NCBI GenBank assembly: GCA_951406725.2
Contig: CATOCA020000001.1
Span: 6,386,001 to 6,450,000, forward strand
Source: Octopus vulgaris
Lineage: Eukaryota
Direction of reading: 5' to 3'
DNA: 64,000 nucleotides
A program made the translations under genes and the position numbers. How positions within the stretch are numbered: position 1 is the first letter of the stretch; each line of letters opens with the position of its first letter. Under the pieces are notes generated by a model. That model was not told the DNA's origin and did not search any database. It saw nothing but the letters and a program-made list of their open reading frames with translations. Positions 41,291-58,082 of the stretch are shown piece after piece.

Positions 41291-42020
41291 CATATATATA
41301 TATATATATATATATATGACGGGCTTCTTTCAGTTTCCGTTCACCAAATTCACTCACAAGAGTTTGATGGCCCAAGGCAACAGTAAACACACTTGCCTAA
41401 ATAGCCTCACACGCACTTTCTCTCCTTCTCTCCTTCTCTCACTCTCTCTCTCTCTCTCTCTCTCCCCTGGTGTGTTTATGTCCGCGTAACTTCAGCTGTT
41501 CGGCAAAACAGATCGATAGGATAAGTACTCGGCTTACAAAGGATATGTCCCCGGATTGATTTGTTTGACTTATGAGGCTTGAGAGACGTATGTGGGTGTA
41601 TATAGAGTTGTTTACTGGGATAGAAGTATAATTTTTTTTTTATAAAAGCGACTTCAGTTGTTAATGTTAAGTCAAGTGTAACAACACTCTTCGCTTATTG
41701 TGGCATAAGTCACACAAACACCTTTTCTTCGATTCGCACACACACAGGCACACCTGTTTCATACTAACAATTACTACTAGAGACACACTCAATGACTTGT
41801 TAGTAATATTTATAACTATTCCTTGGTAATTTACATTCTGGGTTCGAATCCCGTCACCTTTTATCATTTGAGGGTCGATACAATTCTCTCAAAATTAACT
41901 TTGGCGTCGATATAATTAATTAGCAAAAGTTAAAACCTTATAATTGTAGTAAGCAGAATTATTTGTAGCTCGAGGTGCACCTTGTAGATGATTATTCTAT
42001 TTATATAAGGACGTAGAGTG

Positions 42021-42560
42021 TAGGCGCGTGGCTTAGTGGTTAGGGTGTCAGCATCATGATCGCATGATTGTGGTTTCGATTCCTGGACGGAGCAAAACAC
42101 TTCATTTCACGTTGCTCCAGTCCACTCAGCTGGCAAAAATGAGTAACGTTGCGATGGACTGGCGACTCCTCCAGCTGGGGATCACATACGCCATTGAAAC
42201 CGGGAAACCGGGCCCATGAGCCTGTCTAGGCTTTAAAAGGGCGAATTTATTTTGTAGAGGCGCAATGACTCTCTGGTTAGGGGAGGGGACTCGCGGTCGG
42301 AGGATGGCGGCTTCGATTCCCAGACCGCGTGTTGTGTGTGTTTATTGAGCGAAAACACCTAATGCTCCACGAGGCTCAGGTAGGGGGTGGTGGCGAACCC
42401 CTGTTCTACTCTTTCGCCCCAACTTTCTCTCATACTTTCTTCCTGTTTCTTGGGTTACGCTCTGATGGCCAGGCGTCCCGTCCACCTGGAGAACACATAC
42501 GCCACATAAACCGGGAAACCGGGCCCATGAGCACTGACTAGGCTTGAAAAGGGCGCATAA
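42021..42560 (+). mobile_element. Two adjacent tRNA-headed SINEs (related copy at 51211-51410)
   Basis: A/B-box heads GGCGCGTGGCTTAGTGGTTAGG...GTTTCGATTCC; shared tail AAACCGGGAAACCGGGCCCATGAG. Confidence 0.75.
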
Positions 42561-44277
42561 ACAGATACGGACAGAGAATGGAACAGAGAGAACGAGTGTG
42601 AGTGAAGGAGAGGGAGAGTTTGAGTGTGGGCAAAACAATCTCATAAACCCCACTCCCAAGGAAGAGAAACTAGGAGTTACTTCTACACGTCCTCTTGGAG
42701 ATTATGGGAAGTTAATTTCACATGTGCCCCCGTCCAACTCCTGCATCTGGAGCCCACTTCTCTCTTGACTTCCATACCTCTGTATCTATTCTTGGCCTTT
42801 ACTTTGCACGGGTTGTACCCTATAGTATTTCTGTTTTACTTCCATCAAATCAGTTATGGTCATTTCCACCATGGTAACAAGCTCCTATCTTCTTCCTTAC
42901 TAATTCTTCAGATCCTTTCAACCAAAACAGCTTCGTCATCAACATTTATTCTTGTTAGATAGTAACATTATCTTTAATAATATTTATATGTCTTGTGTAT
43001 ATATATAGATATATGTGTGTGCGTGTACATATATACTACTATGGCACTCCGTCGGTTAAGACGAAGAGGTTTCCAGTTGATCCAGTCAACGGAAGACTAC
43101 TCGTGAAATTCTTTTCAACTCTAGGCAGAAGGTCCGAAATTTTAAGGGAGGCAGCCATCGATTAGATCTACATCAGTTCGAAACTTGTACTTGATTTATC
43201 TACACCGAAAGGATGAAAGGCAAAGTCGACCTCGACGGAATTTGAACTCAGAAAGTAAAGACAGACGAATTACCTATTTTTTTACTACCCACAGGGGGCT
43301 AAACACAGAGGGGACAAACAAGGACAGACAAATGGATTAAGTCGATTATATCGACCCCAGTGCGTAACTGGTCCTTATTTAATCGACCCCGAAAAGATGA
43401 AAGGCAAAGTCGACCGCTTGCTAACGTTTTTGCCAACTCGCCGCCTTAGACTCTTCGTGAAATATATATGCAAGTAGCTGAGCACTCCACAGACACGTGT
43501 ACCCTTAACGTAGTTCTCGGTGAGATTCAGCGTGACACAGAGTGTGACATGGCTGGTCCCTTTGAAATACAGGTACAACAGAAACAGGAAGAGAGAGTGA
43601 GAGAAAGTTGTGGTGAAATAATACAGCAGGGTTCGCCACCAGCCCTTGCTGGAGCGTCGTAGAGCTTTAGGTGTTTTAGTTTAATGAACACTTGCGACGA
43701 GTTGGACTTCATTTCACATTCCTTGGAGAAGAATGACTCACCCTGCGATGGACTGAGTCTCCCGTCCATATGCGGAATATATATGCCAAGGTAGACTGTT
43801 CCCATGCGTCTGGCTGCCAACAGAAGTAACTTTATTTACTATTTATATATGTATATATATATATATGTGTATGTATATGTGCGTATATATGTATGTATTT
43901 GCATGCTTTTTAAATCTAGTAGTTATTCTATCGGTATCTTTTGCTGAACCGCAAAGTTACGGGGACGTAAACACTACAGCATTGGTTGTGAAGCGATGGT
44001 GCGGTGACAAACACAAACATATATATATATATATACATCCGATGGGCTTCTTTCAGTTTCCATCGACCTAATCTACTCACAAGGATTGGGTTAGCCCGTG
44101 GCTATAGAATAAGACACTCACCAAAGGTGCCTCGCAGTGAGATTGAACTCAGAACAATGTGGTAGGTAAGCAAGCTTCTCACCACACAGTCACGTGTCAC
44201 TTTTCAACTTTCTATATATGAATGTATATATTTGTCTATGTAAATATATTGTTATGAGCACACGTACATCGAGCAAT

Positions 44278-44318
<41 letters not shown>

Positions 44319-44622
44319 TACATACATGCACAGATATATACAGACACAATAACACAACGAAACCGAAGTAGTCGCCAAACGCATGCACGGGCACACACAC
44401 ACACAAAGCGTCAATTACTGCTATGTCTTGATAACCACATATCCTGTTGGTATTATTTATAGTTATTTGCTGGGAGCTTACATTCTGGGTTCGAATTCTA
44501 TTATTCAACACTAAATTATCATATCAGGTTTTTACGAAATAACAACTATGAAACTACATATATATATAAGTATGTATGAAAGTATATATTCATCCACTCT
44601 CACTAATGAGGGTGGGTAAATG

Positions 44623-44670
<48 letters not shown>

Positions 44671-44805
44671 TATATATTTGCATGTATATATATATATATA
44701 TATATATATATTCATATATACATACATATATACATACATATATATATATACACACATATATACTTGCATGTATATATATATATATATACATACACATATA
44801 CATAC

Positions 44806-44861
<56 letters not shown>

Positions 44862-44915
44862 GTATATGTAAATATATAGATATCTATATACACACATATA
44901 TACATGTATATATAT

Positions 44916-44956
<41 letters not shown>

Positions 44957-46184
44957 GATAAATATATATATATATATTGTTAAAATCATCATAGCATATT
45001 TCTAAGGAGTTGTTTTGCTGCTATTTCTAGCATTTAAATTGTCTTCCACAACTTCCTTCTTTAGTGGGAGAGTGAGAAAGAGTCAAACAGACAGAGAGTG
45101 AGAAAGAGTCAAAAAGAGAGTGAGAATGAACATTGAACAGCTTTATAGAGAGGGGGATTAGATAAACTAGATTGTCTACCTGTTTTATTCTCTCCCTCAC
45201 TCTAAGTCTAATTATATATGTATCTATTTCTCCCTCTGCCTTTCATTCTATCTATTTCACCCTCTCTTGATCTCTTATTCTATTTCTCTTCCACTCTCTC
45301 TCTCTCTATCATTCTCACCCACGCATTTTCTTGTCGCTTTCCATAAAATTTTAAACATGGAGAGTAGACAAAAATTTAGATTTCAATACATATGGCTTCT
45401 ATTCGTCTGAATTGTTCAAACACGCCCCAGCTGGAACATGTTATATACATATACCACATATAATTATACACAAATCATGTATATATATACACGAAATTAT
45501 TAAAATTATGAAAAAGAGTATCTAAGAGATACCATCATACTAGACATAGCAGCCAAAACTTGAGTCTAAAACCACCTTAAATGTTCACACCAGGAGAGAA
45601 GAGAGACAAAATAAACTAACAAAACAGATAATAATAATAAACTCGTTTGCTAGTTAACGCCAACCACTCCGTGAGTGTAGTGGGTGCTTTTTATGTGCCA
45701 GGGGAGGCTGGCAACGACCACGATCGGTTGGTGCTTTTTTCGTGCCACGGCAATCATCATCATCATCACCACATACCGTCCACCTTCCATGCATTCATGA
45801 GTAAGATGGATGACAGGAGCCATCCAGGTAGAAAAAACTACCCTGGGCTACTGTCTATTTTGGCAGGGATTTTACAGCTGGATGCCCTTCCAAACGCCAA
45901 CCACAAGTTTTGGCCCACTGTATGACACCTTGGGCAAGTACCTTCTTCTATGTGTGTGTGTGTGTGTATGTTTCCATTTGCCTTTACTGAAAATTGCTCA
46001 GGTATGAACGATGAGATTATCATTTTCCCTGTTAATAGACAAACCATTGGAATAAGTGATCCTTGAACAACAGGTAAGGGTTAATAACATGAAGGGGATC
46101 CAGATGCAGAAAGAATGGATCAATAATATACACACACACACACACACACAACACACACATGCACACACAAACGTACACACACAA

Positions 46185-47043
46185 ACACATTCAGTTTTAA
46201 TTTATAGACACACATTAATTTACAGGGTACAACCTAAGACGAGTGGTCCCCGTGCGCGCAATCGTGTACAAGCGCATCCGAGGAAGCTAGTCGTGACTAG
46301 TCGATCCTTACTTTGTGTTTTTGTGTTTCATTTACTTTGCTAGGTAGTCGTTGTAGGATCGACTAGTCACGACTATCTAGCGCGCGTGCGCGAGTAAACG
46401 AGTGCGCGCACCAGGACCACTCTTCTTAATTAAATGGTATTTAGATTCCACAGCGGAGAAATCCACCCTTGTTAAAACATCTACACAAAACCCCACCATT
46501 TCAGGCTGACTTAACAGAGACCCTACTCTGTGTTACCTCCATCTCTGTTCCCGCCACAAAGCGGCCACGCCCTTGTAAGTTTCGTAACGAAAAACAAAAG
46601 CATTAATTTCCTGATCTCATAATTGGATCACGCACTTTTACGATAATTAATATCGTATCATTAATTTATAGACACACAGACAGAGTTTAAGATGAAAGGA
46701 TGTTCATTCAAGCGTTAAATGGTCCCAAATGAAATAAAAATGAATTTACCTCAGTTTAGTTTTAAACGGTTGCAACGGATCCGGGGTCCCAATTAATTTC
46801 AAATTTACTGATGCCGGAAGTAGATTTAAGTTGGAATAGGAGATGGCAAGTAAGTGGAGATAACTCTCGAAATAGAGGCGGGGTTGGCGGTGCGTTAAGT
46901 AGCTTGCGAACCAAGCACATGGTTCCGGGTTCAGTCCCACTGCGTGGCACCTTGAGCGACTGACTTCTGCTATAGACTCGGGCGACCAAAGCCTTGTGAG
47001 TGAATCTGGTAGACAGAAACTGAAGGAAGCCCCGTCGTAAATA

Positions 47044-47093
<50 letters not shown>

Positions 47094-47796
47094 CATGTGT
47101 GTGTGTATGAATATATTTGGAAGATGGAAACTGAAAGAAGCCCGTCGTATATAAATATATATATACATATATGTGTGTGTGAGTGTGTGTGCCTTTTTGT
47201 CCCACCAACATCGCTTGACAACCGATGCTGGGGTGTTTACATCCCCGTCAATTAGCGGCTTGTCAAGAACCGCTGGACTTAAAAAGAATAAGTCTTGGGG
47301 TCGATTTGCTCGACTAGAGGCGGTGCTCCAGCATGGCCATAGTCAAATGACTGAAACAAGTAAAATAAAAGAACATATATAAAAATAAATATATATATAT
47401 ATACCCTTCAGCCCTTCAAGCAGGGTATCCATACGCTAGAAATAGCAGCCAAAGCTAACAAAACTACGATAACATGAAATGGTAGGGCTTTGTGTATGTG
47501 TTTTAACAAGGGTGGATTTCATCGCTGTGGAATCTGGGTACCGTTTATTTAAGAAGAGTGGTCCCGGTGCGCGCACTCGTTTACTCGCGCACACGCGCTA
47601 GATAGTCGTGACTAGTCGATCCTACAACCACTACCTAGCAAAGTAAATGAAACACAAAAACACAAAGTAAGGATCGACTAGTCACGACTAGCTTGCTCGG
47701 ATGCGCTTGTACGCGATTGCGCGCACCGGGACCACTCGTCTTAGGTTGTACCCTGTAAATTAATGTGTGTCTATAAATTAAAACTTAATGTGTGTG
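46185..47796. repeat. ~315-bp inverted duplication (46185-46503 / 47476-47796); each arm contains a palindromic MITE-like core
   Basis: Core TAAGACGAGTGGTCC...GTCGTGACTAGTCGATCCT...AGGATCGACTAGTCACGAC...GGACCACTCTTCTTA. Confidence 0.85.
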
Positions 47797-48586
47797 TATG
47801 TGTGTGTGAGTGTGTGTGCCTTTTTGTCCCTCCAACATCGCTTGACAACCGATGCTGGGGTGTTTACATCCCCGTCAATTAGCGGCTTGTCAAGAACCGC
47901 TGGACTTAAAAAGAATAAGTCTTGGGGTCGATTTGCTTGACTAGAGGCGGTGCTCCAGCATGGCCATAGTCAAATGACTGAAACAAGTAAAATAAAAGAA
48001 CATATATAAAAATAAATATATATATATGAATATATATATATATACCCTTCAGCCCTTCAAGCAGGGTATCCATACGCTAGAAATAGCAGCCAAAGCTAAC
48101 AAAACTACGATAACATAACGTACTTAGCGGTTCAGCAAATAGAGACCGATGGAATAAGCAATAGGCTTACAAAAAATAAGTCCTGGTGTCGATTTGCTCG
48201 ACTAATGGCAGCGCTCCAGCATGGCCACAGGTAAATGACTGAAACAAATCTGTTGCCCGAGGTGCCACCCGGAAACATGTGGTTGGTTAACGAGATAAAA
48301 TTAAAAAGAAAAATTATTATCAGAGTTCAAATCTTTGTATTTTTTACGTATTTGGCCCCACCCGAAAAATAATAATAATAAAATAGAAAATAAAAAAATA
48401 AGTAAGAAGAGAAAATTCTGGAAAAAGTGAAAAAATGAAGCAGGTGGCGGGATTCGATCCTGAAAATAAAATCTCAAAAATTCATCCCTCTCTCTTAATT
48501 TTTACACTTTTCCCGGATATTTTTTCTTTCTGTTTATTGAAAGATGAGGATCCTCGAAAAATTGTGAAAAAATTTCCATATTTCAA

Positions 48587-51209
<2,623 letters not shown>

Positions 51210-51464
51210 GAGGCGCAATGGCCTAGTGGTTAGGGCAGCGGACTCGCGGTCGCAGGATCGCGGTTTCGATTCTCAAACCGGGCGTTGTGTGTGTTTATTG
51301 GGCGAAAACACCTAAAAGCTCTACGAGGCTCCGGCACGGGGTGGTGATCCCTGCTGTACTCTTTCACCACAATGGCGGTGCCCCAGCATGGCCACAGCTC
51401 AAGAGCTGGAAAAACAAAAACAAAAAAAAAACAAATATATATATAGATAGATAGATAGATAGAT

Positions 51465-52167
51465 ATGTTTCTTTCTTAGCCACACAGGGCTGCACACAGA
51501 CGGGACAGATTACAAAGTAGAGCTTTTCTTTTTGGGGAGGAAAAAAGTGGCGTGGGTTTTCGATCAAACGGGATCGTAAAAGGGAAAAGTAAAAAGAAGA
51601 AACAAAAGAAAAAAAGGGAAAAAAAGGATCAATAGGGATCATGTATCACAGAAATTTCATGATGTAAAGTGTAAAGGGGGAAGCAGATAAGGTTTATCCA
51701 TGGAAAGAAAAGCCTATGGAAAAGACCACGGTAGCCTCGGTCATTGATGTTACCTGTCACCACATTCGTTTGCAAGTAGGTAGCCCTCTGTTTTAAATTT
51801 TCAAGGTGGCTTCGTCATTCATACGTGCCATCCTTGCTACATTCACCGATCTTTTTTTGAAACATTCGCTAGACAAAACTTGCCTCTCTACTCTCACTTT
51901 CCTTTTGAAGTGGTACTTGAAGAAGTTGATGAAAGATTGACCAGAGAGGAAAGCGTTTGTCTCCAATCCTTTCAGACGCGTCCACCAGATACATTCTTTC
52001 GCCATAGCCACAAGGATGATGAAAATAGCTGTTCCTTCTCGTTTGAAGGAAGGAGGCGTGACAATATTGACAATAGACTCGGCTGATAAACCGACTCGTC
52101 CCAAACGTGACAGCAGTTGTCGACATAAGCCCACAGGTCGGAAATTGTTGGACACTGTGTTACACAT
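51465..52167 (-). mobile_element. Tx1/L1-like LINE ORF2 C-terminus and 3' UTR
   Basis: QCPTISDLWAYV then, after a frameshift, LVAMAKECIWWTRLKG...; tail ends AAGAAAGAAA. Confidence 0.7.
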
Positions 52168-52214
52168 TCATATCTATGTGTATACGTAGGTGTGCGTATG
52201 TATGAGTGCATCCC

Positions 52215-52945
52215 CACTATTCGTTAGTAAACAGTGGGAACTGCGCCTAGAGCGGATGCACACAATGTGTATTACTCTGCTGTATATTGACAGTTCGTAA
52301 ACAGGTTAAGCTAAATAAACACGTAAAACAGCAACAATGCCTTCATTGAGTTGTCTATCATCCCATCACGAACGAAAGAATGCATAACATGGTGGCAGCG
52401 GTTAATAATTAACCAGAAACTCTGCCTTTACAACAATACAGGAACACAACAAACCTGAAATTTAACAAACTGAATATCGCTTCGTCTTCGGACACACACA
52501 CGAGGAACCGAAATGGTGGCCCCCGTCACCCTACAGATTAATCTACATCCGACCCTGAACTGGGACGCCGATGATATCGTGGAAGTATTCAAGAAATTCA
52601 AACAGAAAAACTCAACTGGCTTTCAAAAGTTTCCTGAAAGGTACAACTGGCAATGAAAAGGTAAACTACATCCTTTTATGGACGGGATAGAGGGCTTAGA
52701 CCTATTCAATAGCTGGAACATGTCAGAATCGGATTGCAATAACCCAGACACACTTTTAGAGAAATTTGAAAGGCACCAGATCGAACCATAGAATTCAGAG
52801 ATACGAATTCCAGGGCCTGAAGCAAGATCCACAAGAAACGATTGACAATTTCCTGTCCAGACTAAGGGATGTTGCCGTAAAATGCAAATTCAAAGATAAG
52901 AACGAAAGAATTGTTGATCAATTAATATGGGGGTGTGCTCATAGA
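52215..52945 (+). mobile_element. Gypsy LTR retrotransposon remnant: LTR end, tRNA-Leu PBS and gag
   Basis: AATAAA at ~52314; LTR ends ...TAACA at 52389; PBS TGGTGGCAGCGGT at 52390-52402; gag NWDADDIVEVFKKFKQ...KQDPQETIDNFLSRLRDVAVKCKF...IVDQLIWG with frameshifts. Confidence 0.85.
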
Positions 52946-53145
52946 TGAAAATTAACTTTCAAAAAACTCGTATAACTGTTAACGATCTATATATCTGTTT
53001 GGTTAAGTAAAGTCTTACGAATAAACGTAAAGTTAAAATCTAATAATTATATAGAAAAAACTACGATAACTAGATCATTACATAACCAATACACATATAT
53101 ATATACAAATATATATACATGTATATACATATATATATAAATGCT

Positions 53146-53200
<55 letters not shown>

Positions 53201-53307
53201 GTATATATATTTGTATATATATGTGTTTATATATATATATATATGTGTGTGTTTATATATATATGTATATGTGTGTTTATATATATATGTATATGTGTGT
53301 TTATATA

Positions 53308-53350
<43 letters not shown>

Positions 53351-53414
53351 GTATATATATATATGGATATAGATGTGTATATATATATGGATATATATGT
53401 ATATATATGGATTA

Positions 53415-53449
<35 letters not shown>

Positions 53450-54007
53450 TTGAGTAGTTGATTGAATTTTCTTATTAAGGATAATTCGAAAGATAACCGA
53501 TACCCGGGTAGCAAATTCGCATCAGAAAGAACACGGACTACTGCCCATTCTTGCCTTGCCTCTTACCTCGCCCGACTCTCCTTCCCTTTCTCTATATACT
53601 TTCATTCCTCTACAGTAAACATAATCGAACACACAGACACAGACCTCTCACCTAGCAGCAGTCAGTATTTCTGACATCTGCCCATCTACAGACACATTCA
53701 CGCACTCATACACACTCATACACACATTAAGGCAGTTATACTCAGTCACACACACAGGCACTCATTCATAAAAGAAATCAATTAAGGCCACCATTCTTCT
53801 GACCTGCACCCTCTCACCTTAATATTCTTATGCCTCCCTCCTCCTACTTCGTTTGAACCCTTGAACCTTTAGATCCTTCCAGATTCTTCTACATTCAACC
53901 ACTCTGACGTCACTCCTTATAAAGAGACACTTATTCTTGCCATGGGCTCCTTGAGAGCAGTCAACTAAAAGTTGTTTGTGCACTTTGATGTCGACATAAG
54001 TTCCTGG

Positions 54008-54090
54008 ATTTTCCTGATGAGAAATCTGCAAAATGTACTCCTTATTCCTTCGGAATTAGAAATTTGCAGCCTTCGAAACATGTCGAGAAT
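54008..54090 (+). ncRNA. Canonical type I hammerhead with extended stem II, in a PLE-like 3' fragment (~53447-54130)
   Basis: ATTTTC-CTGATGA-[GAA..CTGCAAA...TTTGCAG..TTC]-GAAA-CATG-TC-GAGAAT; palindromic ACATGT stem III; fragment flanked by (TA)n. Confidence 0.8.
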
Positions 54091-54126
54091 AAAGGATACT
54101 TGTTGACCAGTCGTTCAACTCCATTC

Positions 54127-54174
<48 letters not shown>

Positions 54175-54179
<5 letters not shown>

Positions 54180-54347
54180 ATCCAAACAAGAAAGCACAAA
54201 AAAACACAACGCGAGGACGAGGAACAAATATAGTATTATTGGACGCTCAGGAAAAAAGGAAAGAAGGAGGGCTTAACGTTTCGAGTGGAGCTCTTCGTCG
54301 GAAACATAGGAGAAGGAAAGATCCAGAGAATGAAGGACAGAGGAAAA
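54175..54347 (-). mobile_element. PLE-derived short element with a possible degenerate minimal HHR
   Basis: Minus strand CCGACGAAGAGCTCCACTCGAAACGTTA; element sits in (TA)n. Confidence 0.55.
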
Positions 54348-54351
54348 TATA

Positions 54352-54403
<52 letters not shown>

Positions 54404-54575
54404 CATATACATACATATATATATACATATATATATACATATATATATACATATATATACATATATATATATACATATATATATATACGTATATATATAC
54501 ATATATATACATATATATACACCCACATATATATATATATACATATATATATACTTATATATATATACATATATA

Positions 54576-54609
<34 letters not shown>

Positions 54610-54741
54610 TATATATATATATCTACATATATATATATATGCATATATATATATCTACATATATATATGCATATATATATATCTACATATATATATATAT
54701 ATATATATATGCATATATATATATCTACATATATATATATC

Positions 54742-54779
<38 letters not shown>

Positions 54780-54784
<5 letters not shown>

Positions 54785-57084
54785 AAACAAGTAAAAAATA
54801 GAAAATGCTAAAATAATTTTATAGTGAACATTTCAGTACCGGTTTCGGTCATTTTGAGACCTTTTCAACTGTAACGATTAAATAATTAAATTTAGAAAAA
54901 TTAGAAGAAAAGTTTTTTTAAAACAATATTTCTATAGTAGTGTTCAGATTTAAGTGGCATTCTGCCTTTCTCTGACTCCCTTGTTTGCACTTGTGTGTTC
55001 GAGGTAGTTGTGAGTTCTTGGTAGGGTAGTAGAGGGAAGGCTGGTGAGGAAAGGGGGTGGGAGAATCTGGGAGTGCCCTGATGGTCGTATTTTGAATGGT
55101 CAGTGGCGGCTGGCAGTCTCAGTTCAATTCAGGAGAATATTTATATCGACAGGCTTGTTTATAGAATTAGCGTAGGTGTTATACTAAAAAACATTAGTGA
55201 CAAACTTAAGGGGTAGGGGGTGGAGAAGAAGAAGAAGAAGAAGAAGAAGAAGAAGAAGAAGGAGAAGGAGAAGATGATGGTGATGGTGGTGATGATTATG
55301 ACGACGATGATGATGATAACGATGATGATGAAGAAGAAGAAGAAGAAGGAGGAGGAGAAGATGGTGGTGATGATGGTGGCGATGATGATGACGCCGATGA
55401 TGATGATAACGATGATGATGAAGAAGAAGAAGAAGAAAAAAACAGAGAAGGGAGAATATGAATGGGTGTAAATATAGCTATGAAGGGGCTGATTAGTAAT
55501 GGATTCTATGGAGTGTAGTATGTGTGTGTGTATATATATTTTTTTTCTTTTATTCTAAAGTTGAGGTATATTAATTGTTTGTCGTAGACCCGTTAAGAAG
55601 TGGCTTGTATTTTGTAATAAAGAGATTTTCTTTACTTATTCTTTGTCTCGAGGTTGTATCGTCCCTAAATTGGTAGAGGGGGAAAATTCTGAAGTTTGGT
55701 GTTTTTTTGTTGGCGCAAGTATCTATGTGTTGGCTAAAAGCTATTTTTCTGTTTTGGGGAATTTTTATCTGGGATCTGTGCAGGGCCATTCGTTTACGCA
55801 AACCATTTTTTGTTTGGCCTATGTACTGCTCTTGACACCCGGAGCAGGTTAGTGAGTATATTAGGTTCTCCGAAGCACATGTGAAGTTGCTTTTCACTGT
55901 AAACCGTTGTCCCTGTTTGAAGGAGAACTCAGAACCCTCGATTAGATAGTCGCATATCCCGCAATTGGGTCTTCCACATTTTTTTACTGTCGGCTTCTGT
56001 GTTGAAGAGTGAATTCGGGCTTGTGTAAGGAGACTTTTCATGGATCTAGGCTGTCTTTTGCTTTTTATGATCGTGTGTGTTTGGAGGATTGTGTTCATTC
56101 TGTGGTCTTTTTTTAGGAGGGGTATGTTGTGGAGGATGGTGTCGAAGGCTTCGTTATTGAGAGGGTTGTGTGTGGAGATGTATGGTAAGGCTTTTGGTTG
56201 TAAGTTTTTCTTTGATTTGGGATGTCTCAGTTCCTTGATGTTAAGTTGAAGGGCACGTTGAATGCACTTGTCAATAAGTGAAGGTGGATAGTTCCTGGTG
56301 ATTAGGGTATCTTTTAGTTCTTGTAGTCGTGTGTCTCTGGTGTTTGCGTTAGAGACTATAGTGCATATCCTTTTTGCTAGATTGAAGGGGATATTCATCC
56401 TGGTGTGTCTGGGGTGGCATGAATTGAATGGAAGATATTGCTTAGAGTCTGTAGGCTTATAGTATATGTCTGTTTCCATTATATTATTAGCTTTCTTAAT
56501 GAGGATATCGAGGAAGGGGAGTTGTTGTTGGCTATATTCCATCGTGAATTGGATGTTTACGTCCAGTCCGTTTAAAATTTTCTGGAATTCTATGAGTTTT
56601 TCTATATTTTTATGCCAAAGGATGAAACAGTCATCTAGATATCTCTTCCAGTTGTTTTCTATGTAGATGGAGAAAGGGCTGCCATATCTTTCTAGAACCT
56701 TACGATACAGACTGATCTCTAGGTATCCTATGACTAGGTTGGCAAAGGAGGGGGCCATTCGTGTACCCATCGCAGTCCCCGATTTTTGTCGGTAGAAGTT
56801 GTCATTGAAGGCGAAGAAGTTATTTTCCAGGATGAATTTAACCCCTTCTATCACAAATTCTTTTTTGATGCGGTGTGGTAGTTCGTTGGCGTGATTCTCT
56901 AGCCAGAATTGGATTGCCTCTAGTCCTAGGTTGTGGGGGATATTGGAGTAGAGGTTGACTACATCGAAGGATACCAGTATGGTGTTTTTGTTTATAGTAT
57001 TCGGTAGGTGATTGAGCATATCTAAGTCGTCCCTTATATAGCTTTTGACATGTTTGAGGAGTGGTTTTAACAGGGTGTCTAAAA
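54780..57084 (-). mobile_element. Inverted duplicate of the 3' 2.3 kb of the Penelope-like element (RT core, GIY-YIG, 3' UTR, HHR at 54834-54871)
   Basis: Reverse complement of 58900-61200; ORF 55571-57118 is identical to the 717-aa ORF from LDTLLKP onward. Confidence 0.95.
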
Positions 57085-57085
57085 C

Positions 57086-57802
57086 ATTAGAACATTTTTC
57101 TCTAACAACGCTAACCAAGGACCTCCAAACGCGTCAATATATGGGATCAATACTCTAACAACATACCAAATGAAACACCACATAATACCACAATGGAACA
57201 AATCACTCAGAGATAGAAAGTTCGCCTTTTGGAAGATGATCCAAAACAACAACAAAGCGGATATATACGAAAAATGGCTCAACCGGACCCCGTTAATCCT
57301 CCCACGTAAATTCCAGTTCAAAGCTATTACAGAAGAACCTGAAACACAAAGACACCTCAGGGAGAGAATGGCACTGGAAAAAATGAAAATGGAAATAGAA
57401 CTTCTGAAATTGAGGGCCCAAACGAATGAGGATAAAATAAAATCCACCGATGAAGATATCAACGAAGAAATTCGCAAAATGACCCAAGGCCCAGATCAAG
57501 AGAAGTTCTCCAAACTATGGAAAGAGGACTGTGAAAATGAAGAACTAAAATCTCTCCAACGCTGGGAGAAAAGCGCCACTTGGTTCTCAGACTATGAAGC
57601 CGTCTTTCAAACAGAGCACGCCTCCAACAACCCTTTCCAGAAAATAAGAAAACCAAAACAACACCCAAACACCGATACACACCTGTCTAAAAATCGGAAC
57701 CTTCACTACTATCAAAAAAAGAATACAGGACCTAACCCCAACTCTGTAAGCAGCCAGCGATACAATATCAGGAATACCCCACTTCAAGCAGAGAAAGGAT
57801 AA
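57086..57802 (+). CDS. PLE upstream ORF (coiled-coil-like), open back to the inversion junction
   Basis: 210 aa from ATG 57170 with no stop back to 57086; charged heptad-like ETQRHLRERMALEKMKMEIELLKLRAQTNEDKIKSTDEDINEEIRKM. Confidence 0.7.
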   Translation: MRTFFSNNANQGPPNASIYGINTLTTYQMKHHIIPQWNKSLRDRKFAFWKMIQNNNKADIYEKWLNRTPLILPRKFQFKAITEEPETQRHLRERMALEKMKMEIELLKLRAQTNEDKIKSTDEDINEEIRKMTQGPDQEKFSKLWKEDCENEELKSLQRWEKSATWFSDYEAVFQTEHASNNPFQKIRKPKQHPNTDTHLSKNRNLHYYQKKNTGPNPNSVSSQRYNIRNTPLQAEKG

Positions 57803-58082
57803 ATCAACACCCACAGCATAGACACTGCAACCTCATCCCCACCCAAAGGAGTTACCAACGAAATCTTCGTCCCATTAACCGGTTAAACAACCATGCACAA
57901 CAAACCCACACCACTTGCAATGATTACCAACGAAGGCCTCCTAGAACACCACACCCGAATATGGGATATCGGGATGCTCTCCTCAATACTGCTCCAAGAA
58001 CACACACCACAAATCACAACAGGAGACCCCTAATCAACAAAGAACAACTATATACTAGCTACCGTCCCAACCACCGCATTCA

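Noticed and set aside
42021-42330. Functional tRNA genes
   Set aside because: The A/B-box heads run into SINE bodies and do not form complete cloverleafs.
55571-57118. Independent second RT gene
   Set aside because: It is the inverted duplicate; its first ~11 codons come from reading across the junction.
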